A stretch of DNA of 64,000 nt, taken from NCBI GenBank assembly GCA_965263355.1, contig CBDHHL010000046.1, forward strand, positions 98,554 through 162,553, written 5' to 3'. The position numbers and the translations under genes were made by a program. Shown here piece after piece: positions 9,586 to 19,688 of the stretch; the stretch's first letter is position 1; each line of letters begins with the position of its first letter. Under the pieces are notes generated by a model. The model saw only the letters and a program-made list of their open reading frames with translations. It was not told the origin of the DNA and searched no databases. Source of the stretch: Leptolyngbyaceae cyanobacterium (lineage in GTDB: Bacteria; Cyanobacteriota; Cyanobacteriia; Phormidesmidales; Phormidesmidaceae).

Positions 9586-10248
9586 ATGTTTGTCGTACTA
9601 CAAAAAAATTCCCAAACATTCACAGTCGATATGGGAGAGCTAGACGAATATGTCATTGACATACTATGTAATCTTCACAACGTCCTATACCCATCAAGTT
9701 CAGCCCTGCAAGTCCTCGTAAAAGTACCCTCTATCATAAGTAGTCAGGTAGGGGTTTTGGACAGGGTGCAACTACTTCCATCTATCGATGACATTCAAGA
9801 ATGGGTCACCAGCCCAAAGGTAGAAGACCAAGCAAAAATCGAAATGCTAAAAATGATGCAGAGGAGTCTACCAGTTCCAGAACTGAAAAGACTGGAACTG
9901 GTAGACTCCATCGTAGAGGAGGCTTTCGACTATTCTCGCCCTACACCAAACGAAACAACAAAGATAGGTCGAGCTCCCGAGCCAAAAAAGGCCGCTGCCG
10001 TGCTCCAGAATTTAACTTGGCGAAGTGATGATCCAAGAGAGGCCTTCTCCGAAACTCAGAAGCCAATTGAAGTGCTAATAAAGAAAGCGTCTGGGAAGGT
10101 AATTCGTGCGATCGTTGATGTTAGTCGTAGATGTATACTAAACAAAGACGACCGAGGTTCAGGAATTGGGCCAAAAAACCCTTGGGATGCAAGTGCATTT
10201 AGCTGGTGCCAACCACCTACCTCTTCGGTAACGCAAATGACATCATAA
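9586..10248 (+). CDS. Hypothetical protein with a WRxDDPRE module
   Basis: WRSDDPREAF, shared with 56537..57013. Confidence 0.65.
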   Translation: MFVVLQKNSQTFTVDMGELDEYVIDILCNLHNVLYPSSSALQVLVKVPSIISSQVGVLDRVQLLPSIDDIQEWVTSPKVEDQAKIEMLKMMQRSLPVPELKRLELVDSIVEEAFDYSRPTPNETTKIGRAPEPKKAAAVLQNLTWRSDDPREAFSETQKPIEVLIKKASGKVIRAIVDVSRRCILNKDDRGSGIGPKNPWDASAFSWCQPPTSSVTQMTS

Positions 10249-10290
10249 CGTTGCTTGAGATACTTCAAGTAATCAGAGATAGTTCAGGAA

Positions 10291-10488
10291 ATGGTCAAAG
10301 CACTCATCACGCTTACTATAGCGGCACTTATTTTGGTTCCGAAAGTCGTTCCTGACATAGGAATCTCAGTGGATTTAATCGCAGCTGTTCGACAATTAAG
10401 CCGGCTAGAGGTCGGTGTATTGTGTTTTCTAGCTGGCTTAAACATAGACCTTAGACCACTTTGGTCAAAAAGAGGAGACAAGAAATGA
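10291..10488 (+). CDS. Small membrane protein
   Basis: Hydrophobic segments; stop overlaps the next ATG. Confidence 0.55.
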   Translation: MVKALITLTIAALILVPKVVPDIGISVDLIAAVRQLSRLEVGVLCFLAGLNIDLRPLWSKRGDKK

Positions 10489-12572
10489 ATGACTACCAAA
10501 AACTAATCAACTCACTCCCTTCAGAGTTGTCAACTATACCTAACTTAATGTTAAATACTTTCCCAATCATATTGGAGTTGGGAGGCGACGGCGTCAAAGC
10601 CTCCACTGAGGTGCATGAACAAAAAGCCTCAGCTGAATTCCCTAAAGAGGTGGCACGATGCCTCAGCGGAATACAGAATCTCTTCTTAGTCCTTAATGGA
10701 TCTAATGCGGCCTATGAACAACTAACTGCTTGCCAAAAAAAGGACAAACTTAGTCTTGCATCTTTCCGAGATTGGCACAGTGCATCATTAGACGCACTAA
10801 AGCATCTATCCCTGTCTTGGAAAAAGGAAAATCGAGACTTATCCGATGCAGAAGCTAACAATCTCGCGATACACTCCTGCTGTGCTTTTTTAGCCTGTGG
10901 GGATGCAGGAAAGATCCCCAGAATATACAATAAGTACTCAAAAGGGTACGGCGACCATGATGGTATGCTAGCAGTGGCAGCCAAACACGGAGATTTAGTA
11001 GAACTAGCATCTCTTCCGGATGAGCAGCAAACAGCTTTCATCGCCTTAGCAGGACTAAACTGTGGAAAAGCAGTGCTTGGAGAGTACTGCTACCCAGAAC
11101 TTAGGAACATACTAAATGGGGCATCGCCACTAGCACGATCCATAAAATACCTAGAATTTATGGCAGATGTGTCTGGTGCGGCAGGGCACGTGGTCTTTAA
11201 CGGCTCCTTGGTCATGGGAGAAAATACCTACAGGGTGTTTGATGACCTATTTACGGCTTTGGCCGATTGGGATTACAGCTCAAACTCTGTATGGCATTTT
11301 CTGCAGAAACAACGGGAGTACCTACTGCCCGAGCCAATCTTACGACTAGCGCTTTTGTGTAAAACAAGAAATTTTAAGGACTTATTATCTGTCACGAAGG
11401 CATTTGAAGGGTGTAATAAAATCACGCAACACATCCTTCAACGAGAGAGCAATGTGTCGTTCACATATGGACCAGCCCTACTCAGCAATCTAGAGTCCGA
11501 CGAACCATTAAAAGACTTCTTCATCGTGCTGGCTCGGGTACTTCAGAGAGCTCGATGCGAAGGTCTTGGAAATAACCAAATACAGGAGCTGTGTTTCCAT
11601 GCCCTCACTGACCAATTCGGCAAGGGTAAGAGTGAACATATTCAAGATCTGGCATTCAGTTTTGATGGCGTTTCCGTCATAGGGACTCCCGTCAAACAAG
11701 TAGCCTCAACAAAAAGAGGGGGACTGAAGACTTGGCACAAAGATTTTATAGCCATTGGTTGTGGAGGTGGAGCTGACAGCGTTAGCGCCGCACTGTTAGC
11801 AGATTGGTTACCAAACCTAAAAAAGAGGCTAAAGGGTGTAATTAGTACCCGAGGAGAATTTTCCGGGTCTCCTACTCCAGACGCCCCAATAGGGACCCGA
11901 AGAGTTCCGAAAGCACGGGAGATATCTGACGGCGTGTTTCTCATCGAACATGACTCCACCTTCAAAGGAAGAGGCTATGAGGTAGATCTAGCAAAAATGC
12001 TAGACGTACCACTTTTGTGGGTAGCAGTACCTAAGGATGATGAAACTCTGAAAGCACGACTTAGTGCAGCCCGGGAGTACATCAACCAAAACGCCACTCT
12101 TGTGGGCGTAGACACCGGAGGGGACTCCATTTGTAGTGCTTCCTATAATGAAGGCAGTCCGGATCAAGACTTCCGAGTACTACAAGCACTTCATCAACTG
12201 GATGACCACGCTCTTCATATTGTCGTCGCTCCCGGCATCGACACACATCCAGAAGACCTCTTGAAATTTGTTGAACTGGAAACAACCAAAGTTCAAGAGA
12301 TCGACCCCATATTAGTTTTAAGTTCTTATGCCAAGTTAGGAATTTTAGAACCTTCATCTGGAAAGTATTCCAAGACCGCATTGGCCCATGCTGCCTTCCA
12401 ACGCAAGGCAGCAGCCAATGATGAAACAATTTGGAGCGAGCTCCCGTTACCTTTTGAACTGATTGATAGAGAGGATAATGCTTGGGATCCGTACGTTCAT
12501 GGGCACCCCATAAGTAGTTCTTTAGTGCTAAGCCCTGTAAGTAAGACCTTAGAATTCCACTATGGAAAATGA
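10485..12572 (+). CDS. Two-domain protein: HD-like metal-binding N-terminus plus DUF1152-like C-terminus
   Basis: N-terminal GDAGK/DHD/ADVSGAAGH; C-terminal GCGGGAD, GVDTGGDS and APGID. ATG at 10485 has an AGGAG SD. Confidence 0.6.
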   Translation: MNDYQKLINSLPSELSTIPNLMLNTFPIILELGGDGVKASTEVHEQKASAEFPKEVARCLSGIQNLFLVLNGSNAAYEQLTACQKKDKLSLASFRDWHSASLDALKHLSLSWKKENRDLSDAEANNLAIHSCCAFLACGDAGKIPRIYNKYSKGYGDHDGMLAVAAKHGDLVELASLPDEQQTAFIALAGLNCGKAVLGEYCYPELRNILNGASPLARSIKYLEFMADVSGAAGHVVFNGSLVMGENTYRVFDDLFTALADWDYSSNSVWHFLQKQREYLLPEPILRLALLCKTRNFKDLLSVTKAFEGCNKITQHILQRESNVSFTYGPALLSNLESDEPLKDFFIVLARVLQRARCEGLGNNQIQELCFHALTDQFGKGKSEHIQDLAFSFDGVSVIGTPVKQVASTKRGGLKTWHKDFIAIGCGGGADSVSAALLADWLPNLKKRLKGVISTRGEFSGSPTPDAPIGTRRVPKAREISDGVFLIEHDSTFKGRGYEVDLAKMLDVPLLWVAVPKDDETLKARLSAAREYINQNATLVGVDTGGDSICSASYNEGSPDQDFRVLQALHQLDDHALHIVVAPGIDTHPEDLLKFVELETTKVQEIDPILVLSSYAKLGILEPSSGKYSKTALAHAAFQRKAAANDETIWSELPLPFELIDREDNAWDPYVHGHPISSSLVLSPVSKTLEFHYGK

Positions 12573-12590
12573 CACGTGTCATTTTCCATA
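12561..12590. promoter_or_regulatory. Perfect 30-bp palindrome with an AATGACACGTGTCATT core
   Basis: TATGGAAAATGACACGTGTCATTTTCCATA, directly upstream of a promoter. Confidence 0.75.
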
Positions 12591-12592
12591 AG

Positions 12593-12621
12593 TGAAATTA
12601 CTACTATATTATTGTTATAAG
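12593..12621 (+). promoter_or_regulatory. Class-A promoter TGAAA-N19-ATAAG
   Basis: Exact match; ATG 6 nt downstream. Confidence 0.8.
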
Positions 12622-12627
12622 TATAGT

Positions 12628-12813
12628 ATGGACAAAGATACACTGCAAGTTGCAGGTGCAATAGCTGGAGTAACCGCGGTAATCTGCGCTGTCACAGGCG
12701 CGATAGTCTATCGCAAGGAGATAAAGGAGGCCGTTCAGGGCGTCTTCTCTGGCTCAGATGATGATGATGAGACCACTCCAGCTGCTACGGCCGATTCGGC
12801 TGAAGCAACCTAG
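12628..12813 (+). CDS. Small single-TM protein with an acidic tail (leaderless)
   Basis: MDKDTLQVAGAIAGVTAVICAVTGAIVY... Confidence 0.7.
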   Translation: MDKDTLQVAGAIAGVTAVICAVTGAIVYRKEIKEAVQGVFSGSDDDDETTPAATADSAEAT

Positions 12814-12832
12814 TATCACCCCCCCTAGACTC

Positions 12833-12905
12833 CCAGGTCGTCAGTATAAAAGCTGATGGCCTGGTGTAGTTGTTCTAGAGACTGAACGCTCTAGTTTTTA
12901 GCTAG
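12833..12905 (+). terminator. Double hairpin plus TTTTTAGCTAG
   Basis: CCAGGTCGTCAG/CTGATGGCCTGG and CTAGAG/CTCTAG stems. Confidence 0.75.
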
Positions 12906-12915
12906 GACCCCTCAC

Positions 12916-13836
12916 ATGGAACTCAAACAGATTTTTGACAGCATCCTAGACACCCTAGTGATCCATCCCGTCATCGACGGGATGGATCACATAGAGGATA
13001 ATTCCATAGGCATAGTAGTGACGTCCTTCGGACCTACTGCATGTCTAGAAAAAGTCCGAGATTTCTCTTTTTGGACAGAGAGTAGATTTGTTGGACAACT
13101 TCTAAAATTATTGTCTAGAGACCCCAGAGTTTTAGACTCAAACCATTTACCCCAGATAATAAAATGGGGGCTCAGTCAGTGTGTTGAGGTGCGGGATGCG
13201 GTAATGCAAATCATAGATGTGTCCCGAAACAGCGAAGGATTAAAATTTCTAGCCGAGCACCAAGAGAATGTACCTTGGCTACGAGACTACCAAGAGCAGA
13301 TACTGGCCAGTGAACTTGCTACAAATCCAAGCCTACCAGCTGTAGATGTGCAACGCATACAAAATTCTGCTGCCCCAGAACCTAAAGGCTTGCCTAGCTT
13401 AATTTTCGACCCGCAAGATAGAGAGGAAAGAGATAGAGCCTTCTTTTATTATTTTTTTCTACAAGTGTCTCCGGCCTTAAAACCTGAGGATTACCAAAAA
13501 ATTGTGGAATCATTCCACAAAAAATTTGGGGAACCTATTGAGGGGAGACCCTTCTCCTCCTGGACACATGCTCAAATTGAAAACTTTGCGGCCAAGTTTT
13601 CGCAAGCAGTTTGTTGTATAGATGCGAAAGAGCTAATAAGTTTATGTCGACGGGTGCAACCGCACCAGGTGTCGATCGTGAACTCCTCAGATGGGCAAGG
13701 GCTTCCTAAAACTGAGATCCAGGATATCGGCGATGGGACAGAAATTTTAAAAATCACATTATACGGAGTTGACAGAACCACTATAGAAAAAGCTCAAAAG
13801 AGTCTTTGTGAAGCTAAATCAACGCTGCCTGCCTAA
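12916..13836 (+). CDS. Hypothetical protein, possibly with HEAT-like helical repeats
   Basis: 306-aa ORF; EVRDAVMQII-type segment. Confidence 0.65.
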   Translation: MELKQIFDSILDTLVIHPVIDGMDHIEDNSIGIVVTSFGPTACLEKVRDFSFWTESRFVGQLLKLLSRDPRVLDSNHLPQIIKWGLSQCVEVRDAVMQIIDVSRNSEGLKFLAEHQENVPWLRDYQEQILASELATNPSLPAVDVQRIQNSAAPEPKGLPSLIFDPQDREERDRAFFYYFFLQVSPALKPEDYQKIVESFHKKFGEPIEGRPFSSWTHAQIENFAAKFSQAVCCIDAKELISLCRRVQPHQVSIVNSSDGQGLPKTEIQDIGDGTEILKITLYGVDRTTIEKAQKSLCEAKSTLPA

Positions 13837-14527
13837 CAGATCTCCTAAATTTCTCCTTGTCACCTTCTACCGCCGCCACAGGTTCCAACTCATCACTAAG
13901 AGCATAATCAACCGGGATTACAAACTTACGGCTCTTCTTTGGGTGTATTTTACGTTCTCCGTAAGCCATTGCGGGTACTGCAGAGCAAATTGTACCTCGT
14001 AAATTTTCTGCCAGCTCTTGCTCTAAAGGCCGCCTTTTTGAAGAAAAACCAGCGCGCAAAAAATGCTTCCGCCAGTAAGGAGTACCGACTCGTTCTTCCG
14101 CTCTTGCAATAGCCCTTTTTCGTTCTCCCTTAGTTACATTTTTTGGTCGAAGAACATAGAGATCTCGACCCAAATCTCTCATGTTTCGCAACTTGTGACG
14201 AAATACCCTCGGCTCGACATCCAGCTTTTGCATATCCCCTGACGAATTCACACCCACATCATCATAGGCATGAATAATTTGTCCGCGATTACCGACTAAA
14301 CCTGAATGCGTCCAAACACGTTTAGGAGACCGGCCTTGGAACGCTCGAGCAAGAATTGAACCTAAGTCTTTTGGGGTCTCCGGAGTCTTGCTTAAGAAGA
14401 TATCTCCTGGTTGCACATGCTTTTCAAACTCCTTGAAGTCATTATAAATTGGTACCCCCTCTCCTACTTCATCTCGCTCAATAGAAGCCAATTTCATCAA
14501 CTCATCAACAAAAGAACTTGTCACCAT
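13814..14527 (-). CDS. Permuted papain-like (NlpC/P60, YiiX/YebB-type) amidase with an N-terminal FVDELMKLA tag
   Basis: QPGDIFLS, WTHSGLV (His before Cys), VGTPY, ICSA. Confidence 0.75.
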   Translation of the reverse strand: MVTSSFVDELMKLASIERDEVGEGVPIYNDFKEFEKHVQPGDIFLSKTPETPKDLGSILARAFQGRSPKRVWTHSGLVGNRGQIIHAYDDVGVNSSGDMQKLDVEPRVFRHKLRNMRDLGRDLYVLRPKNVTKGERKRAIARAEERVGTPYWRKHFLRAGFSSKRRPLEQELAENLRGTICSAVPAMAYGERKIHPKKSRKFVIPVDYALSDELEPVAAVEGDKEKFRRSVRQAALI

Positions 14528-14633
14528 TTAAGTTAATTTTACCCCTACTTGTACGGGAACTGAAAACTCTAGATTTTAAATTGTCACTTCAATGACGCCG
14601 TAACTCCCACAATCTCAACTAAAGTACAACCAC

Positions 14634-14969
14634 ATGGACAACACGTACAATTACTGTTGGATTATCAAAGGTTATGAACCCGATGGAGATATTTGGGACC
14701 TTGAGGTATTAGACCACAAGCCAAGTGAACAAGAAATAGAACAGGCCCTGACGAAACTGCCAACAACAGCCGAGAATGCCAGAGTAAAAGTATTCAAGCT
14801 TCGAACACGTCGCGAACAAGCAATACAGGCCGAACGCTTGGCCATAAAGTTGGCTGAGGCCATGAAGAACAAAAACTTTCATATAGCTCGGTCGGCTCTG
14901 GATGAGATGTTGGCATTAACTGGCGCGCGCATGCTGCATGAGCTAGAACAAGAACAAGAACAAATATGA
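14634..14969 (+). CDS. Hypothetical protein
   Basis: 111-aa ORF. Confidence 0.65.
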   Translation: MDNTYNYCWIIKGYEPDGDIWDLEVLDHKPSEQEIEQALTKLPTTAENARVKVFKLRTRREQAIQAERLAIKLAEAMKNKNFHIARSALDEMLALTGARMLHELEQEQEQI

Positions 14970-14974
14970 AACCT

Positions 14975-15523
14975 TTAATATAAGTTAGTACGGCTATATA
15001 TACGCAAAGTGTTATAGTTGTTAACTGAGCCTAAAAGACCCAACCTCCCCAACTCCCCATCCACAAACTGAGCATCTCCCCAATCAGGCAAGTCAGACCT
15101 CTTAACTATATAAGTTAGTATGTCGAGTGCCTGCTTCCGTACAGTTCTGCATGGGTCAGACAACGAACAAACATCTGGGCAAGGCACATTCAATCTTTGT
15201 AGTAGATCAAGGACTCCTAATCTAGACTCTTGTTGAATTGCAAAACCCAAAGGATCTATAAAAGACCTCAGCTCCTGAAACTGTATTGCCTCATCCAACA
15301 AAGGACAGACCATTTGCATGTTCACAAGATGAGTGAAAGATTCTTTAGGTTGGTCTGAGAAAATAACCAAATGGGAAAGCTGTGAAATCATCCTCTGGAT
15401 AAGAAGAATGCTTCTCCGATCTTGAAATTTGAAATGAGTTTCTACTGGAGGAAGGTATTGATTGTACCAAGTCTTCACAGAACCTACGGTAAAGATTCCA
15501 TTTGGGTTCGTACACCCCCACAA
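14975..15523 (-). CDS. Hypothetical protein
   Basis: 182-aa ORF. Confidence 0.55.
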   Translation of the reverse strand: MWGCTNPNGIFTVGSVKTWYNQYLPPVETHFKFQDRRSILLIQRMISQLSHLVIFSDQPKESFTHLVNMQMVCPLLDEAIQFQELRSFIDPLGFAIQQESRLGVLDLLQRLNVPCPDVCSLSDPCRTVRKQALDILTYIVKRSDLPDWGDAQFVDGELGRLGLLGSVNNYNTLRIYSRTNLY

Positions 15524-15545
15524 AAAGTGTTGTGGCTTATTAAAT

Positions 15546-16091
15546 TCAGTTTAAATTGTTTGCGTATTGCACTAAACAATTTAATGTGAATATTTTGATC
15601 CGAGACTGCTCATGCCCATCTGAATCATATTCTATGGCTATTACCTCAACAGCCCTACCATCCACAGAATACCAGGACTGTTCAGGACTAGCCATAAGCC
15701 AGTTTAGCTGCTCGTGGCCTTGTTGATTTGTGAAAGCCAGGCTAATATGTCTTGAATTTCTGGCAACGGAAACTAAATTGAAGTCCTTGTCTTGAAGTAT
15801 TTGACCCGTATGAAGAAGGATCCAAGATACGAATGTTTGGTCCTTCTTGGGCAGGCTTGCTCGAAGAAAACACTTCCTCATCTCAACTGGGATAGGGTAC
15901 TCACCGGGCTTATTAGCCCGACGCAAGCAGAGCTTTAAATGTCCTTTAATTTGCTCTTCTACTCGAGCCAATAGTGTTAACTGATTTGAGAGGGCAGATG
16001 TCCTCTCCTCAAGATCTCTAATATTGAGAAGTTCATTCACCTCTTTGAAAAGTTTCTCAAAAGAAGGCGGCATAGGTGCGACTGGCTTCAT
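15546..16091 (-). CDS. Hypothetical protein
   Basis: 181-aa ORF. Confidence 0.65.
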   Translation of the reverse strand: MKPVAPMPPSFEKLFKEVNELLNIRDLEERTSALSNQLTLLARVEEQIKGHLKLCLRRANKPGEYPIPVEMRKCFLRASLPKKDQTFVSWILLHTGQILQDKDFNLVSVARNSRHISLAFTNQQGHEQLNWLMASPEQSWYSVDGRAVEVIAIEYDSDGHEQSRIKIFTLNCLVQYANNLN

Positions 16092-16149
16092 AAGAACTAA
16101 AGAACAACATGCTACTCTTTATTAGTAAAGATGGCCAAAAACATGTTAC

Positions 16150-16560
16150 TCACAAGTCATCTTTTAGCCTTTTTTTAAGTGCTCTCGGGCCTAACTCTTT
16201 CAAGCTCGCCAACTCTCTCTGTGCTTGCCTTAGCGCTCTAGTTTTACGCGCATTTTGCAACGCTGTATAGGCCCCATAGCCACCACCTACTATGGCTCCA
16301 TGTGTCGGTCCCAGAGCAGCGTTATTGCGATAGGCAATGTCCCCCAAAGCTTCACCAGACACCGAGCCTAGAAAACCCGAGGCTGCGCCTGAACCTACAT
16401 CGCGTAATAGCTCTACAGGCGTTCTATCTTCCTCACGAGCCCCATAACCTCCCGCCAACGCCCCCAAAATAGTAGCGCTAATAGAGGGTGCATAAGCCTG
16501 TTTCTCCAATTGATAAGGAGCCTCCCAAGAGTAAATTAACTCCTTAGCATTCATAATCAT
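16150..16560 (-). CDS. K-x-A-tag glycine-zipper protein (putative virion cargo)
   Basis: NAKELIYSW...EKQA; GxxxG segments; TAGAAT-N6-ATG upstream. Confidence 0.7.
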   Translation of the reverse strand: MIMNAKELIYSWEAPYQLEKQAYAPSISATILGALAGGYGAREEDRTPVELLRDVGSGAASGFLGSVSGEALGDIAYRNNAALGPTHGAIVGGGYGAYTALQNARKTRALRQAQRELASLKELGPRALKKRLKDDL

Positions 16561-16590
16561 GCTCTGATTCTAAACCCCCAACCCCTTACC

Positions 16591-16619
16591 CAAAACTAGG
16601 CAAACACTTTTGGGATAAG
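16591..16619 (+). promoter_or_regulatory. Class-A promoter variant CAAAA-N19-ATAAG
   Basis: ATG 6 nt downstream. Confidence 0.65.
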
Positions 16620-16625
16620 TATTAT

Positions 16626-17513
16626 ATGAGCTCAACTCATTCAGAAGATATCGAAGTTGATTTTGGCTGGTCGCATTCATTCCTAGGGGTAGTGCTTCCC
16701 GGTCTAGTCATCTCTGTAGTCGGTATAATGTTCCTAGAGATGTTATACCCAGAGGAGTACAAGCTCCTCAACGCCTATACCTACCGCATCCTGCCTGCGG
16801 TAGTCGCGCTGGGAGGCGCGGCTCTAGGGTACATCTTTGCTCTTCTCACTGGTCGACTCGCTGCTACTGGCGGGGAAGCCAGAACAACGTTCTGGGTGGT
16901 GATGATTACATTATTCATCGCCCAATTCTTGTCCCTCTCTTCCAAAGAAATGCGGAAGGTGAAAGAAGAGCATCCTTACTACGTAGAGGCCTCTCGAATC
17001 CGATCCGAGCGTAACGGAATTCAGGAGGCCTACAACAAAGTAGGGACGTCGAAGTCTCGATATGCAAAAGCTCGAGAACAAGACGAAGAACGGCGAAGAA
17101 CAAACTACGAGAAAGACCTGGCAAGGGTTGAAAGGGACAGAAAGGCACTGGAGGCCAAGTACCCTGACGGCCCACCAAAAATCCAACTCGATTCGAATTT
17201 CTACTGGGATGTTATAGGGTTGGTAGCCCTAAAAATGGTCTTTACATTCCTTGGTGATGCCGCAGGACATTGGCAAGGGACAGGAGACCGACGTCGCGTT
17301 CTTCGCAACCGACGTATCGCTGCATTGAAGGAGGAGAACGAAAAGCTCCTCGCAGTGATTGAGGGGCTACAAAATCAGGCCCAGGACTTGCAGACCTCGG
17401 ACCAAGACAACACCCCATCAGTAGATACTGAGACACCTCCAGGCAACCAATCGCCTTCAACGATTACCAGTGGGCTCGGCCACTTGGTTGCGCACTTGGT
17501 TCCCAGAACCTAG
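16626..17513 (+). CDS. Multi-TM coiled-coil membrane protein (leaderless)
   Basis: Three N-terminal TM segments, a coiled coil, then a fourth TM. Confidence 0.75.
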   Translation: MSSTHSEDIEVDFGWSHSFLGVVLPGLVISVVGIMFLEMLYPEEYKLLNAYTYRILPAVVALGGAALGYIFALLTGRLAATGGEARTTFWVVMITLFIAQFLSLSSKEMRKVKEEHPYYVEASRIRSERNGIQEAYNKVGTSKSRYAKAREQDEERRRTNYEKDLARVERDRKALEAKYPDGPPKIQLDSNFYWDVIGLVALKMVFTFLGDAAGHWQGTGDRRRVLRNRRIAALKEENEKLLAVIEGLQNQAQDLQTSDQDNTPSVDTETPPGNQSPSTITSGLGHLVAHLVPRT

Positions 17514-17517
17514 CGGG

Positions 17518-17561
17518 GAGGAAGAAAGCAGCTGCAACAGCTTTCTTCCTCTTTTAGCTAG
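17518..17561 (+). terminator. Hairpin plus TTTTAGCTAG
   Basis: GAGGAAGAAAGC/GCTTTCTTCCTC stem. Confidence 0.85.
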
Positions 17562-17582
17562 TAATCCGCAGCAACCTAAGGC

Positions 17583-18116
17583 TTAGGAGCTGAGAATAAC
17601 CCTCTTAGCCAATTCGCGCTCAGTTTCTTGCCTCTTGCGTTTTTCTCGATCTGCGAGATAGCCAATTCCTAACATCCCATATACAGTTGCAGCGTCTGCA
17701 ACCCCCTTTTCCACCTTGCCTATCCCAGAACGCATAAGCCTTTTGTAATCTCCCGTCCTTGAAACAAAGCCCTTGGCTGGCGCAGCCGGAGGTACTATTT
17801 CAGAATATCTTGCTGGGCTAAGGCCAAGTTTCTGCCATATGTTATCCTTATGTTGGTGAATTTTGTTATATTTTTGTTGTCTTACTGCTCGAGATGACCT
17901 CCAAAATTCTCTTTTGCTCCTTAACAGGTTCTCCGCTCGGGAAATGTCCTCCAAACCATCAACAAGACCTCGGAGGGTAGCTCCGTTTTTGAGCCGTGAA
18001 TAAAACCTATTGAGGCCGGATAAAGTTCTCTGCCCTCCTTTTAAAATTTGACGTTTCATGGACCAGGACGCCTGTTTCTCCCACGAATGAACAAGACTGG
18101 CTGCGGATGCTTTCAC
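17583..18116 (-). CDS. K-x-A-tag basic protein (putative virion cargo)
   Basis: SAASLVHSWEKQA at the N-terminus. Confidence 0.7.
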   Translation of the reverse strand: MKASAASLVHSWEKQASWSMKRQILKGGQRTLSGLNRFYSRLKNGATLRGLVDGLEDISRAENLLRSKREFWRSSRAVRQQKYNKIHQHKDNIWQKLGLSPARYSEIVPPAAPAKGFVSRTGDYKRLMRSGIGKVEKGVADAATVYGMLGIGYLADREKRKRQETERELAKRVILSS

Positions 18117-18254
18117 AAAATTAGCTTACAAGACACTCAACTGTCATAGAACTTAGTGACTTTAAATTGTTGCTTGAACTTCATACCCACAAGATGGAGA
18201 GGGCCTTAAAAGGAGTCTGAAAGGACTTTTGTCTAACTCACATACTATTGCAGT

Positions 18255-18614
18255 TTAACTATTTCGGACTAACATCTTGAACCCGAATGGAACCGAAATA
18301 GTTTCATCCTCGATTAAGCCTGCCAAGATTGATAAATCACTCCCTGTATTCACAGTGAGGTTATTGCCAATAAAAACATGAAACCCAATACCCTTTAGGG
18401 TAACAGTCCCACTGTCAAAGGTAACTTGAGGTGGCACTTCATTGGAGTTTGGGGCCCCAGTCAATAATGCCTTAGCTTCCGCAGTTATAACTACGTCAGC
18501 AGCATTAACTTGAACAGCATTGTCCACTGGAGGCTCATTCAAGATGTTTGGTGAGGTCATATCAGACACTGCTCCGACAGCACCTCTGTAAGCGAAAATC
18601 TTTACAACAGCCAT
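18255..18614 (-). CDS. Hypothetical beta-rich protein, possibly virion
   Basis: CATAAT-N7-ATG upstream; Val/Thr/Asn-rich. Confidence 0.6.
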   Translation of the reverse strand: MAVVKIFAYRGAVGAVSDMTSPNILNEPPVDNAVQVNAADVVITAEAKALLTGAPNSNEVPPQVTFDSGTVTLKGIGFHVFIGNNLTVNTGSDLSILAGLIEDETISVPFGFKMLVRNS

Positions 18615-18893
18615 TTCGAGAATTATGTTACATGATTGTTGTGGACAACAAAGAACTTAAATCATTTTCTAAAATTCGCTTTTCAAGGTTCTTGATCTTT
18701 CGGTAATTGGAGAAGAGATAGCGGAGCAACTTCTCGATAGTATATATGGGCACTCCTTTATCTATTGCACTAAAACGCAACGCGCAGAGGGCTGGTCGCC
18801 ACAAATTGGACCAGTCCGTGATCAGAACTCAAAGTGACAAGGTCGTAGTCCCACTCTCCAAGAATGCGATAGTTTAGATATCATCAAATATCA

Positions 18894-19520
18894 TTAAGCT
18901 TTTTTCTTCCTATCCCTTTTCTTTAGTGCTTTGTTATATTCCCTTTTCTTCTTGTTGTAGTGATGGGCATAGATACCAGAACTCAAGGCTGCTATGGTGT
19001 CATTTTCCAGGTAGTGCTGCCCCAACGTACTGTTTATCCTAGAAATGACTTCTTCGGGTTTTGTGATTTTGATGCTATCGTAAATAGCAGCTTGTCTTCG
19101 AGCAAATAAATACATTTCATATGTTTCGGAGGATACTTCCGAGCCTTGTTCCCACAATTTTTCAACAGCTTCTATAAAGGCTTTGTTCCGATTAACTTTA
19201 TCCAGGTTATTGAAAGCTTTTTCAAAGCCAGCTTGCGCTAGGGGATGCATTTTTTTCTGGAAATACCGTCCAGATCCAGACAAGGCAGAACCGATAACAA
19301 GACCCGCGCCGGCACCTTGCAAAGCCCTGCTAGTACGATCTTCTCCTTCTGCAGTTGCATATCCAGTAAGACCCCCAGCAACGGGGCCCACAATTGCTGG
19401 GGTGACATACCGAGGAAGTGCCATTCGTGTTAAAAAACTCTTAGGTCTTGAAATTTGAGTCAGAGCCTTACTGGGACCTCTAGACCACCAGGAAGGAATT
19501 CCTGCTTGTTTGCGTTTCAC
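18894..19520 (-). CDS. Glycine-zipper protein starting MKRKQA
   Basis: GPVAGGLTGY...EDRT..ALQGAGAGLVIG, resembling 16150 and 27600. Confidence 0.65.
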   Translation of the reverse strand: MKRKQAGIPSWWSRGPSKALTQISRPKSFLTRMALPRYVTPAIVGPVAGGLTGYATAEGEDRTSRALQGAGAGLVIGSALSGSGRYFQKKMHPLAQAGFEKAFNNLDKVNRNKAFIEAVEKLWEQGSEVSSETYEMYLFARRQAAIYDSIKITKPEEVISRINSTLGQHYLENDTIAALSSGIYAHHYNKKKREYNKALKKRDRKKKA

Positions 19521-19688
19521 AGATGTATAATAAGAGTCCAGACAAGTCTCTCAAACTTAATACAGTTGTCTCTCAAAAGCCTTAATACTGAACTAGGATT
19601 TTTGCATGGACAATCACCACAGCAATACGGGACGATTTGTCGTGTGTTCTAAAAGACAAATTGATGTCACCTGTTCTAAAAAGAACAG

